Source: Mytilus californianus
Lineage: Eukaryota
Assembly: GCF_021869535.1 (NCBI RefSeq)
Contig: NW_026262712.1
Coordinates: forward strand, 76,198,001-76,262,000
Direction of reading: 5' to 3'
Length of the DNA stretch: 64,000 bases
A program made the translations under genes and the position numbers. Under the pieces are notes generated by a model. That model had not been told where the DNA came from and searched no databases. It saw only the letters and a program-made list of their open reading frames with translations. Position 1 is the first letter of the stretch. Each line of letters starts with the position of its first letter. Of the stretch, positions 36,101-48,100 are shown piece by piece.

Positions 36101-39100
36101 CGACGACGTCACAATGCGATTTGTGCAAAAAAACGCCATATTTTACTGAAATGGCGTCAGAGTTTTCAGTGGGAAACTTTATGCTCGGGATAAAATTCCA
36201 ATATAACGACCCAGGCCATGTGAAAATTTTCAACAAACCTATGGCTTGCATGAATTATTTCTTAAACATGATTATATACCGGTTCCAGGGGTCCCATGAA
36301 ATCGGATTTTTATCGCTTCCAAGGACCGAAGGAATGTTTGATACCGGTTCTTTTAGCTCAGGTACCCAAAACATTGTATTTAATCAAGATAGGAATTAAG
36401 GGTTGTTTGTAAATTTACCAAAATTCTGTGTAATTTTAAATAGTCCTAAAAGGAAGTCTTGTCTTTGATTAATAGTCCGTCCGATGACGGAAATAATATC
36501 CGATTGCCTTTATTTTGGTTTTCCTCCCAAAATAACCCAAACGGAATGATCATAAGCGAAGATGACAAATGCGACTATGCATGGTACCTATAGGACACAG
36601 AGGCATGATGGTTAATTTATTGTGGAAGGAAGTGGGGTCTTCTCATTTAATAGTATAGATACTGCTTTGTTTTACATTGTTTTATCGTATGGCATTATTT
36701 TCTCAAATATGTAATACTGGAATATACTTACAGTCATCATTTTATCTCCCTTTATTTCCCTCACAACTGTGACTGTTTTCCATCCCATCAGTTCACTTTG
36801 TTCTTTCATTGTCATTTTACTGTCAGAATCAATGGTTACTGTAAACTAATAGAAAAGATAAAATTTATAAATAAGAAGAACATTTGTCAATCTTAAATGC
36901 GCATTTGATGCAAACAAACTTGAATATATCAAAATAGTCATTGTCGTAATATTTTTTTTTTGTTCACACAACAGTCATGGTCGATTACATTTTTTGTTTA
37001 TATATACAACAGTCAAGGTTAAATATGTTGTTTGTTTAATTTATTAAAATTAGTTGTGTTCTGCTTGAGTAAGGTTAAATCTGATCAACTTGACAACTTT
37101 TACAATAAAACAGTTTTTGATCTATTCTAGAAATGTATTAAGTAAATTTAGATTTATTGCAATAGCAAATCCATTGTCTCATTCTATCGTCTCGTTTTTG
37201 AATCATTAATGTATGTTTTGTTACTGCCCCTGATTGAAAAAAAATATACAATATTCGTACATTGCATTAAAAATTTAAGAATGTATTTGAACGAGCGTTA
37301 GAAAAAGAAGAATAGGGAAACTAGTCGAGATTTTCTCCTGTTTCCGCAGAGATTAGACATATTTTTTCAAATTCTCCTACAATGTATGCAACTTGCTTAA
37401 TCCTGCATTTCGAAACTTACATTTGCATTTTTTTACCTTCCAATCGTTGAATTTGATTGTTCATCAAATCGACATGATTTAAACGCGGACATCGAAGAGG
37501 AACCGAAAGTAAACTGTGTTATTAATATTAATTTAAATAATTATAATTGTTCACTGATAACGTATATCACTTTGGTTTATTTGTACACCTGCATTTGTAG
37601 AGTGAAATGGTCGATTACAGGATACTATTTCATTTTTGTAAACACAACAGTCATTGTCGTATACATGGACATTGTTTGTTGTAAACACAACAGTCATTGT
37701 CGTATACATGGACGTTGTTTTTTGTAATCAGAACAGTCATTGTATACATGGGCATTGTTTGTTGTAAACACAACAGTCATTGTATACATGGACTTTGTTT
37801 GATGAACAAACAATAGTCATTGTCGGATATATGGACGTTGTTTGTTGTACACACAACAGGCTTCGTATACATATAGACAATGTTTGGTGTACACACAACA
37901 GTCATTGTCGTATACATGAACATTTTTTGTTGTACACGCAACAGTCATTGACGTATACATGGACATTGTTGTACACACAACTGTCGTTGTCGAATACATT
38001 GGCGTTTTATGTTGTACTCACAACAATCATTGTCGTATACATTGACATTTTTTGTTGAACACACAATAGATAACGTCGAAAGTATAGTTCATTTGTTCTA
38101 TATTTTAAAAACAAAAGCCTAGCTAAAAAGAAAGCCAATTTCAGTGTTATAATGCCGAATCAAAATTTTAACAAAGCGAAATACACGAACAGCACAATTA
38201 TTAAAATTCCCATAATATTGAGTAATCTATTCAAGCGGCAAAGCACTAGATCGACTATATTTGTATAGCTATATGTGTATCTTTATACCTTTAGGCCTTT
38301 TCCCATAGGACCGGTCGTGACAACTTCCTCTGAAGGTTTAAATTTATAACATTTGCTTGGTATAACATCACTACTTGTATCGCAAATCCAATATTCTCCA
38401 TCTCGCTTGAATTCAACAGTATTCTTTGCATTTCTAAACTTTTCGATCAGTTCATCAGGAATACCTAAAATTGTATTAAACACACATTAAGACTAATATA
38501 ATTCTTTAAACAGACTTGAATGGCATATGTTTATTTTATATCAATTAAACAACCAATCGTTTGGGATGTTCTAATTATTAAAAAAAAAAAAACTTTTGAG
38601 ACAGTTGTAAAAATCCCTAATTATAGAAATATTAATGGGTGTAATCTTAAAGGAAGACGAAAGCATTTAGGAAATCAACACAACTTGTTTTAAACCAGGC
38701 ATTGAATTTCTCTTTTAAGAACTAATACATTTCTTAAAATGATTTTATCAAATGAAAAAAGGTACATTAAAACGCATAAGTTGAAAATAAACTGGCATCA
38801 CCATGGCCAAAAACGAATAAGACCAAAAGACAAACAACAGTACAAAAAAAACAACATAGAAAACTAAAGACTGAGCAACACGAAACCCACTAAAATCTTG
38901 GGCGATCTCAGGTGCTCCGGGAGGGTAAGCAGTTCTAGGTCAACATGTGGCACCCGTCGTGTTGCTTGTGTAAGTACAAACCCGGTTATAAGTCTATTAC
39001 GGTAGGTCACATTCGGGGGAAAAAAGACGGGATTGTGGTTACAAAAATTGGAATATATCCGTCATTATCTGCGAAACAGATATTCCATAACGGTCAACCA

Positions 39101-40036
39101 ACTCTTGATGGCGTCCTTTAAATTTATGAAGGGATGATTTCAACTTCACCACTTGGAACTCTTGGTTTGATAGCTTCCTTGTGAGCAGCAACCCTCTATC
39201 ATGGAAATCTTGATAGGAAATGCAAGCCCTAGAATATCGTATCAAAAGAGATATATACACCGTATGCGTTTGCTGTTTGAATGATGCCATATAAAAATGG
39301 AAAGTTCACAATAGGGAAGCTGAAATTGTCTCATTTGTCGTAAAGTTTTGTTTTTAACCGACCTTAATCATGTTCATTGTCAATTCCTAGATGTATGTCA
39401 AGATATGAGGCAGAAAATGTTCTTTCAAATCCTTCGAATGATTTATAAAGCTCGAATCATTGTATAGAAAGACAAGTTTCCCGTAATTCTACGGGTACAC
39501 ATTCCAATGTGATTTACAATAAATAGATTTTTGATATTAAAACTTAATTGTTTTCATAATTTTTACATATACCTTGAAGTGATTATTTTTCGGAAAATAT
39601 GTAACACAATTATATACTGGATATGATCGATATTACTTAAATGTTACATCCATGTTGATACATCAAACAGAAAAAAGACCTGACTATAGGCAAATACAGA
39701 GTGCTACTGCAACGAAGCAAACAATTACAAATAGACTTTCATTGATTGACATTTGTATACAAATATAAGACAACGTGTTGTTGTTTTAATATAGTTTCAG
39801 TCAAATTGTGATTTGTACCAAATTTGCAACGCTTGTTAAGCAGTTTTTGATATTTGTTAGATTATGTTATGAATGATATGCTATATTTATTTTTATTTTT
39901 GAATGTGCATTGAAAATTCAAATTATTTATTTTTCTGTTAATGTTATAAAAGTAACTTGCCCGATTCCTTAGCGAACTGGTCATAATTTGTGTATGTGCT
40001 ACAGTCATCTTTCCATTTCCCAATGAATTGAGCCAT
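33130..40036 (-). CDS. FABP: FABP/iLBP-like gene, copy B, 139 aa: join(40036..39961,38464..38289,36845..36732,33183..33130); intron 1 is GC-AG
   Basis: MAQFIGKWKDDCSTYTNYDQFAKESGIPDELIEKFRNAKNTVEFKRDGEYWICDTSSDVIPSKCYKFKPSEEVVTTGPMGKGLKFTVTIDSDSKMTMKEQSELMGWKTVTVVREIKGDKMMTTMVLDNGTEMTAEMTKC*. No stops or frameshifts. Confidence 0.88.
33804..34575. mobile_element. Family A interspersed repeat, near full length, in intron 3 of FABP B (other copies ~291-408 plus 680-960, 3131-3320, 5490-5950, 21815-21995 reversed, 27430-27570, 28260-28650, 43248-44350, 56820-57275)
   Basis: aataagaagatgtggtatgattgccaatgagacaactctccac...ctcctgacttgggacaggcacat seen repeatedly within the window. Confidence 0.85.
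35497..36660. mobile_element. Probable Helentron-like non-autonomous element in intron 3 of FABP B
   Basis: Starts actagaacacacccgcgaaatcgc, ends taatagtatagat; absent from the homologous intron of C. Class from recalled bivalve repeat ends. Confidence 0.4.
36732..36845 (-). CDS. FABP: FABP copy B exon 3
   Basis: ctattag|TTTACAGTA...ATGACT|gtaagt. Confidence 0.92.
37638..38060. repeat. ~43-bp degenerate minisatellite (~10 units) in intron 2 of FABP B
   Basis: gtaaacacaacagtcattgtcgtatacatggacattgtttgtt. Confidence 0.9.
38289..38464 (-). CDS. FABP: FABP copy B exon 2
   Basis: ttttag|GTATTCCT...CTAAAG|gtataa; overlaps listed ORF 38283..38483. Confidence 0.92.
38775..39413 (-). mobile_element. 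Penelope-like element 3' fragment (family B) in intron 1 of FABP B
   Basis: Listed ORF 39039..39290 (LIRYSRACISYQDFHDRGLLLTRKL...DRYGISVSQ); colinear with 59421-60080. Confidence 0.8.
39961..40036 (-). CDS. FABP: FABP copy B exon 1 (GC donor)
   Basis: ATGGCTCAATTCATTGGGAAATGG...GAATCGG|gcaagt; same 76-nt length as paralogs. Confidence 0.88.
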
Positions 40037-41224
40037 CTTTAAATTTAAAAAAATAAACGTGTTATTAAATCAAACTCCAAAAATCGAATGTATCTCTGTT
40101 CAAATAAAGTTCAAGCTTTTCTCTAATACAACGCTTACAGTTTAAACAAATAATGTAACCAAACAATGAAACATCGTCCAAATTATTGACAAAATTTTAA
40201 CAAAGCTCTAATTTTTCACATTTTAGTATGATCAATAGTTTTGTGTTTTTCATGTTGAACTTTTCTGACTAATCGGAAAAAAGAGCAGATGTCTACAAAA
40301 TTGAATCATCGTCACGTTTATTGACACGAGCTTGTATTGAGCATTTGAAAGATTTAGTTTGCAATTGACCATATTTGATTTTTTACTTCTTCTATGTTTA
40401 GTCTTTCAACTGGCATGTGGTGTTATATATCTGACTAATAACACAGCTAAAGAAGTTGACAAATATGTCAATAATTCCCAATTATTTTTTTACGATCAAC
40501 CTAAAAGTTCATGTTGAAAAATTTATAATACAACAGGGTGAAAAATATAAATTTAAAAAAGTAAGCTTAAACATGTGTGTCTTTTTAATATGTAAAAATA
40601 ATTTTAACACGACCTTCAAAACAGTTCATTTTAAGACTTTGGCTGTGTTTTTCAGAGAGAACATTTTTACAGTTGAAATGTTTGTCTCAAAGTTACCCAA
40701 GATGTACGTGTGTAGTGTTCACTAAAGTATTTATCATTTAATTGATAAACGGTTTTCTCATTCTCTCTTCTTTTACTTTCTGAAAATGAATGAATATCGA
40801 TAATTTTAATGGGTACGTATTTCTTTGTTTCTCCTTTTCAATGAACGTTGTTCAAATATTAGTATTTTATCATCCATATGTTACTCGTATGTATAACAAT
40901 AGATTAATTTACTTGAAACTTTACTGAAAAAAACTAGTCTGTTTTTAAATACATTAATGTAATTTATCAACGTTACTATTAAATCGGAAAGAAGGAAAAC
41001 GTTGGTGTTTTTTTACCTCAACATAGCAACTTTAACAAATATTTTCCTTATGTTTTTTTCTGTACGAAAAATAATAAGCAGACGTGGTAATTGCCAATGA
41101 TTATTTAACTGTTCATTATACACTTTAATATGTCAAAGATACGAACAATTACAGTTGTATGTCTGTTTGAATATCAAATTCAATGTTATCTCGTTTGCGA
41201 TATGCTTCGTTATTGTCATGATTC

Positions 41225-41810
41225 AAATTATAGGGGGACAATAATAACTCATAAAACTCATAAGTCGAAGAAAAACAAACACAGTCGTGGCCAAAAAGGA
41301 AATGACGAAAAAATAAAAAGCTGTCTGCAATATTACACAGAAAATTTAAAACTTAGCAACACGAACCTTAAAAAAATCCGGGAGTGGTTTCATGTGTCTA
41401 GGAGGGATAAGCATGTCTCATTACAATTACAGATTCGGTGATAAGTCTCATTCATAGTCATACTCGAGACAAAAACAGGATTGAGGATACGATAATTGAA
41501 ACATGTCCGTAGTTATATGTTACACTGATATTCCATTAGGGTCAAGCTAATAATTATGACGTCTGTTAAATTTTCGAAGGAATTACTTCAGGTTTACCTA
41601 TGAAACCCTTGCTTTAATAGCTTCCTAGTAGTAGCAACCCTATATCATGGAAATTATGAAAGCTAAAGCAAGATCTAGAATTTCGTATTAAATGGAAGAT
41701 ACATATTCGATATGCAGGTGGTTTAGTAGTGTTGCTATAAAGAAGTTGGAAATTTAAAATCGGAAAGCTGAAATCGTTTCTTTTTTCGTAAGGTTAAGTT
41801 TTCAAAGGCA
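41225..41810 (-). mobile_element. Old, degenerate family B PLE fragment upstream of FABP B
   Basis: Colinear with family B; a counterpart lies at the homologous position upstream of C (50565-50940). Confidence 0.6.
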
Positions 41811-43719
41811 GCCAACGTTGCAATTCCATAAGGCAATGTTTTCTTTAGACTTAGATTTTGGCTGTTCTATTTGATTCTAAAACTCTCGAATGTTTTAAAA
41901 AAAAATAATTATGCTTTACAAACTTTTCTGGTGCATACCTGATTAAGGTTATTCCCAAAACACATGTAATGTACGCCTGGTAACCATATAAAACGTGTTT
42001 TAAACAGGTCAATGGGAATTCTCATTTATTTCACATTGCCAATCATTGAATTAGAAATATCAATTCGAATAAAATCTTTCTGTGAGGGTGGTAATTAATA
42101 AATCATGATTACTATAGTTTTTATTTTGCATTTAAGTAGGAAATAAGCATCATATGAAGTTCCTTCCTCACGCAATTGTTTCTAAAATAACTTTTCATCA
42201 GGTATGCACGAGATTATAATTATTGAGAGCTAACAATATAAAACTTTTGACAGCATAAAAACTATAACAAAGTGAACAAACTTACTTATAATATGTTGCC
42301 ATATACAAGATCATGCTTTTTTCAGATTGTTTATGAAATATTTAATCTAAATCCGGTGGATGTATACTGGTTGACTTTTTTGTCTGGGAAAACATAGTTT
42401 ATTTATTAGTTTAAAAAGAGGCGAGAATTACCAGGGGGACATTCAAAACTCAGGTCGAAGAGAAACTGACAACGCAATGGCAAAATACGAAAAAAGACAA
42501 AAAGACAAACAAAACCCCAAAACACTAAATAAAAAACTAAAAGCTAATAACAACCCCACCAAAAACCGAGGGGGCCTTAAGCCTAAATTGTGTTTGAACT
42601 AGCTTTTAGTTACAATGAATACTGTACGATCGTTACCTTTGGTTTTATTTTGTCTTTTTGCTAGGTTTTATATGATTTGTGCACAATGGATAGGTCAAGC
42701 GCTATAAAACTGATTTGTTTTCAGTTGTTTTAATGTTGTGCCTTTTTATCTTTCTGTCATATTTGTTTTCGTTGAATGGTTTTTAGTATAAACAAGGCCT
42801 TTGCAATTCATATTCTCGTATAAATTGGTTCACATTTTATCACGCCGGGCATTTTATAGCTTATCATACGGCATGTGATTTGTTCATGGCTGAATGTCTT
42901 ATGATGACTTATAGTTGTTTACATCCTCATCCTTTGATTTTTAGTGGATATTTTTATTTGCAATCATACCACATTTCCTTACATATATATAAATAAATAA
43001 TTTATCCTTGTTCAGCGAAATGGACGCCACGCTAAACAGACATGTTTTTCATTTAAAATTGCGATTAGTCGAACAAAATGAGGTAAGAATGTTAATCTTT
43101 TGAATTTTCTTGTTCACCAGATTCAATTTTCTACAAGAAATCAGTTAACCTTGGTATGTAGGGTAAAAAGGTCAAGATGACAAAATAAAAGGATCGCCGT
43201 AAATACTAATATACTATGCAAGCAGTACAACTAATTTTGTATATGCAAAAATAAGAAGATGTGGTATGATTGCCAATGAGACGACTCTCCACAAGACACC
43301 AAATGACACAGAAATAAACAACTATAGGTCATCGTACGGCCTTTAACAATGAGCAAAACCCATACCGCATATTCAGCTATAAAAGGCTCAGAAATGACAA
43401 ATGTAAAATAATTCAAACGAGAAAACTAACGGTCTAATTTATGAACAAAATAATGAACGCAAAACAAATATGATACACAGAAACAAACGACAACTACTAA
43501 ATTACAGGCTCCTGACTTGGGACAGGCACATACAGAATATGGCGGGGTTAAACATGTTAGCGGGCGCCCAACCCTCCACCTAACTTGGGACAGTGGTGTA
43601 ACAGTACAACAAAAGAACTAACCATCAGTCGAAAAAGGCTTCACTCATCAGATGGATACAAATAGAAATACATCTAACAAAAACACAGAGTGGACATGGA
43701 CGGGTACTTATACATTCTA

Positions 43720-44210
43720 TATAAGGGTACTTATATATTCCATTGTGGTGTACTTGTGTACTGTCGTAAATTAATGGGAGGTGTCCTTTGTTATTCTGTG
43801 GTTTACATGTTGTTATATACTATTACATTATTTATTTATGTATTTCTCTCTCCTGAGTATTCTTGCGTTTATTTGTACTGTATTCCTGTCACGTAATGTT
43901 GTCATTTTAGCGGTATTTTTAACATTATTTGCCATATAAGCGGGATGTTTGGCTAGCCATAAACCAGGTTCAACCCACCTGTTTTTTTTAAAATGTCTTG
44001 TACCAAGTCAGGAATATGGCAGTTGTTATCAAATAGTCCGTTTCTGTGTATATTGGCGTTTGTTTTTGTAGCAGTTCAGTGTTTCTGTTGTTCTGTTGTT
44101 TTTCTCTTATAGTTGACGTGTTTCCCTCGGTTTTAGGTTGTGACCCGGATTTGTTTTCGCTTAATCGATTAATGACTAATCAACAGCAGTATCCTACTGT
44201 TGCCTTTATT
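43720..44210 (+). mobile_element. Family C repeat inserted in opposite orientation into a family A copy
   Basis: Family A stops at ~43710 and resumes at ~44211 (tacacatcccgacaac). Confidence 0.65.
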
Positions 44211-44853
44211 TACACATCCCGACAACAAAAAGAAAGTGACTTTAAGTACAGATCTGAGAGTACTCGCAGTTACTGACAGCTAGTTCAAAGCCAATAACAA
44301 CTGATAACATAAATCATACATCTAAGACTAAAATATCAATCAGTACACATATGTATATTTAGAACAGCCAAAACCATTAAAGATAAACAAAAAACAAAAC
44401 ACAAAACACAAAAACAGTAAATCAGGTAATTGTAACAACTTTAGACTAATTAACAAATTATCATTGTCAACAAAATTAAGAAAAAAAAGAAGATACAAGT
44501 AAGATAAAAAAAAAATAGAAAATAATAGTAAGATAATCCACCAGCAATGGTACCGACACAGTGGGTATGACAAACGAATAATGTGATTAACCGTAGGCCG
44601 ATGTATTTCTTGAATATTCAAAATGACGTTCTTTTTTCGATTTGGAAGCAAAGCCATGTTTTGATTCCAATAGAACATTGGCTGAACGTGATTGACGTCA
44701 GAATTGCAATTGCAACGTCAGTTGTATTTTCAACAATGCCGGATATGAAAATGGACATTAGTATTGGTGTTGATCGCTTAGATATTAAACAAAATCATTC
44801 TAAAAGTAAGCTAACATGTATAAAAAAATTACATAAGCTATTTGAGTTCATTT

Positions 44854-44859
44854 TTTATT
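44854..44859 (-). terminator. Poly(A) signal AATAAA of FABP copy C
   Basis: About 190 nt after the stop; homologous to the signal in copy B. Confidence 0.65.
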
Positions 44860-45046
44860 CATTTACTATCTATCTTATTGATGTTTGCATATCATACAGT
44901 ACAAATGCATAGATTACAATATTGTAAGCGACTATATATTGGTAATATAGAGACATTTAACTAGATTGAAGAACACAGTCATCACAGGAACAGTCACGTC
45001 TATAATTATACGAAGATCAGAGATATGCATAGACATTGATGTTATG

Positions 45047-45100
45047 TCAACATCTTGTCATCTCAGCTGTCATTTCAGTTCCACTGTCAAGAATCATTGT
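45047..45100 (-). CDS. FABP: FABP copy C exon 4
   Basis: ttttgcag|ACAATGATT...AGATGTTGA; TMILDSGTEMTAEMTRC*. Confidence 0.9.
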   Translation of the reverse strand, partial: TMILDSGTEMTAEMTRC

Positions 45101-48100
45101 CTGCAAAAAATGAAAATTACATACTTTGTTATGTTTAGTAATTTCACAGAAAAGCAGAACTCTGGCATAATACTCCAACACATATCTAATAGAAATTTGT
45201 AATTTTGGTATTTGTACACTTTTTTCTGTATAAATGTTTTTGCAATACTGTTCGAATGCGACACTGGACTAAAAGCCTTCAAACAATTTTTGACTATTAC
45301 ACTTTTACTTTCACTGATACAAATGGGTAAGTATTAATGGGGGTGTGCGAATTAAATCTTAAAAAACTTTCATACCCCGCCACATTTATATATATATATG
45401 TTTGTCAAGTTTTTGTCTTCCAATATCTCGCTGTTGTTTATTCTAATTATTCTTTTAATTGTGTGTTGATGGCAGATCTTTAAAATCTCTGTTATATTTT
45501 GAAGGGAATTGAAATAGAGCTTGACGTGTTGTATAGACATGTATCTTTATTTTTAAATTGTGTATTGTGCATAGTGAAACATTAAAACATTAATTTATTA
45601 AATAATATGCCCTATTGTTGCTGATTAAGTTTACAGATTCGTGAATTTCTACGATAATAATATGTCCCTTAAGATAACTGACAAAGGCGTATAGACAGTT
45701 TTTCTCTGTTTTTGTTTAGCTTTTTACCATTGTTGTCGGGTTCTGTTAATACACCCGTCCGGAAAATCTTCCCTAGAAATTTCATAACAGTTCGTAGCGG
45801 GAAATGGCTTCATTTATTTTATTACAAAACGAATCGAGCTTTGTATAGAGCCGTTTCGGAGTGACAAAAAAAATGAATTCGATGAAAGTCAACCCTTTGG
45901 AATTCCATTGATTTTTCTTCGTTTATCAGATTTTCCTTCCATTTTTTGTTTTGTCATTTACTCACCAAAAGCAATCACATTAAATTCCATTCCAAGAAGC
46001 CATCAAATTACCATGGACACAATTTTATTTTACTTGATAGACCTGTTAATTTGGGTTATATTTTTTTTCCCAAATAAACATTTCCCTGTTGAAATATCCA
46101 AAGAAACTGGTTTACAAAAGTAAAAGATACGTTTTGACGGATCACCGGACATGGTTGTATCCAATAAAACATAGTTAGCCTACTTGTTTTGTGAACCTCT
46201 TGATAATTTTTTATCAAAATATTACGATTTTCATCGAATTGAACTACAAATATCCACTTGGTGCAAATATGTTCGAAACGTATTGAAAACAATACAAATC
46301 TATACAGATATGTTTAAATAAACCGTTTTATTTTTTTTATGATGCAGAATAAGTACTCTAGATGCCTATTATATTTCAACAACATGCTTCTCATAGCCAC
46401 TAATGCCAGAATGTTGCATTGGGAGCAGGCTATCCAAACTTCATGCAAGAAATAATTAAAATCATTTCAAGCGACCTTTTTTCCGGATATTATATTTCAA
46501 AACTATATTTTGTGATTTTTCATTTGTATTTTGTTTTATATTGTTTTAGCGAACAGCAATACTATCTCAAATAATTCATGCTGGAATATACTTACAGCCA
46601 TCATTTTATCTCCCTTTATTTCCCTCACAACTGTAATTGATTTCCATCCCATCAATTCACTCTGTTCTTTCATTGTCATTTTACTGTCAGAATCAATGGT
46701 TACTGTAAACTGATAGAAAAAAAATCTGTTTAAATCCATTTGTCAATTTCACATTGTGCATTTAATGCAAATAAGTTTGAATAAACTAAAATACTGGTTC
46801 CCTTGACCTGTTTGTTTATATATTGGTCGTATATGCTGTTTGTTTATACACACACACAGTCATAGTCGAACACATTTTTTTATATAATAGCGAAATAAGT
46901 TATTTTCTACTGGAGTGAAACAATATTTTAATACATACAAGATATTTAATGATTATAAGTATATTTTAATAGCAAAAACATGTTGTCATTGTATCGTCTT
47001 AAATAAATAATTTCGGTGCTGGAACTGCCCCATGAGTGTCCTGATTAGGAAATAAACGTATGTTCTTTTATAAACAACAATCATTGTCGTATTCATGGAC
47101 ATTATTTACTTTCTACACACAACAGTCATGATCGAAATTTTTACTTTTTTTAAAAGCCTAGTTCATTTAGAACAATCTATTTTAGTGTTATACACGTACA
47201 GCCGAAAACAGAGCAAAGTACGCAAACAGTATGATTATTTTTTAAATTACCATACAATTGTAAGAGTAATATATACAAGCAGCAAAGAACTTAAAGAGAG
47301 GCGAAAGATATCAAAGGGACATTCTAACTCATAAGTCGAAAATAAACGGACAAGGTCATGGCAAAAAAAGAAAATATCAAAACAAACAGCAGTACACAAA
47401 AACATAACATAAAAAAAAGACTATGTAACACATACTCCAAAAAAACTGGGGGATGGTTGGGGTCGGGTGGGGTCTCAGGTGCTCCAGATGGGTAAGCAGA
47501 TCCTGCTCCACATGTGATATCCATCGTGTTACTCCTATGAATTACGTTGATAAGATATATCAAGTGATTAGACATCACGCAATATCGAATTAGTAATTGA
47601 CCCTTATATATCTAACCCTAAGACATTAACAAATTCTTAGCCTTCGGTCATGTAAAATATTCTAACCCTGAAAATTGACCGAATGTGAAATTTTGAAATT
47701 GAAACACATTTTTCATGACACTGTTACCGGTATAAACAACGTTAACACACACATTGAAAAAATAAAAAGCACAAAGAACAACACGTGTAACCATGATAAC
47801 TAAAGCAAGAACGTCAGGAATCCTTTTAAAACAAAACTAGGGATGATCTCAGGTACTCCAGAAGGGTAAGCAGATCCTGCACTACATGTGACACCCGTCG
47901 TTTTGCTTATGTAAGAACAAACCCGGTGATAAGTCTAATTCGGTAGGTCAAATTCGTGGAAAAGAGGATGGAATTGTGGTAACGGACAATTGGAATATAT
48001 CCGTCGTGATGTGTGAAACGGTTATATTATAACAATCAACTATCTCGTGATTGCGTCCTTAAAATTTACGAATGCATTATTTCAACTTCATCACTTAGAA

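Noticed and set aside
44694-44701. CRE-like palindrome TGACGTCA with nearby CCAAT
   Set aside because: A single motif just 3' of FABP C and ~4.6 kb from the B start, with no conservation evidence.
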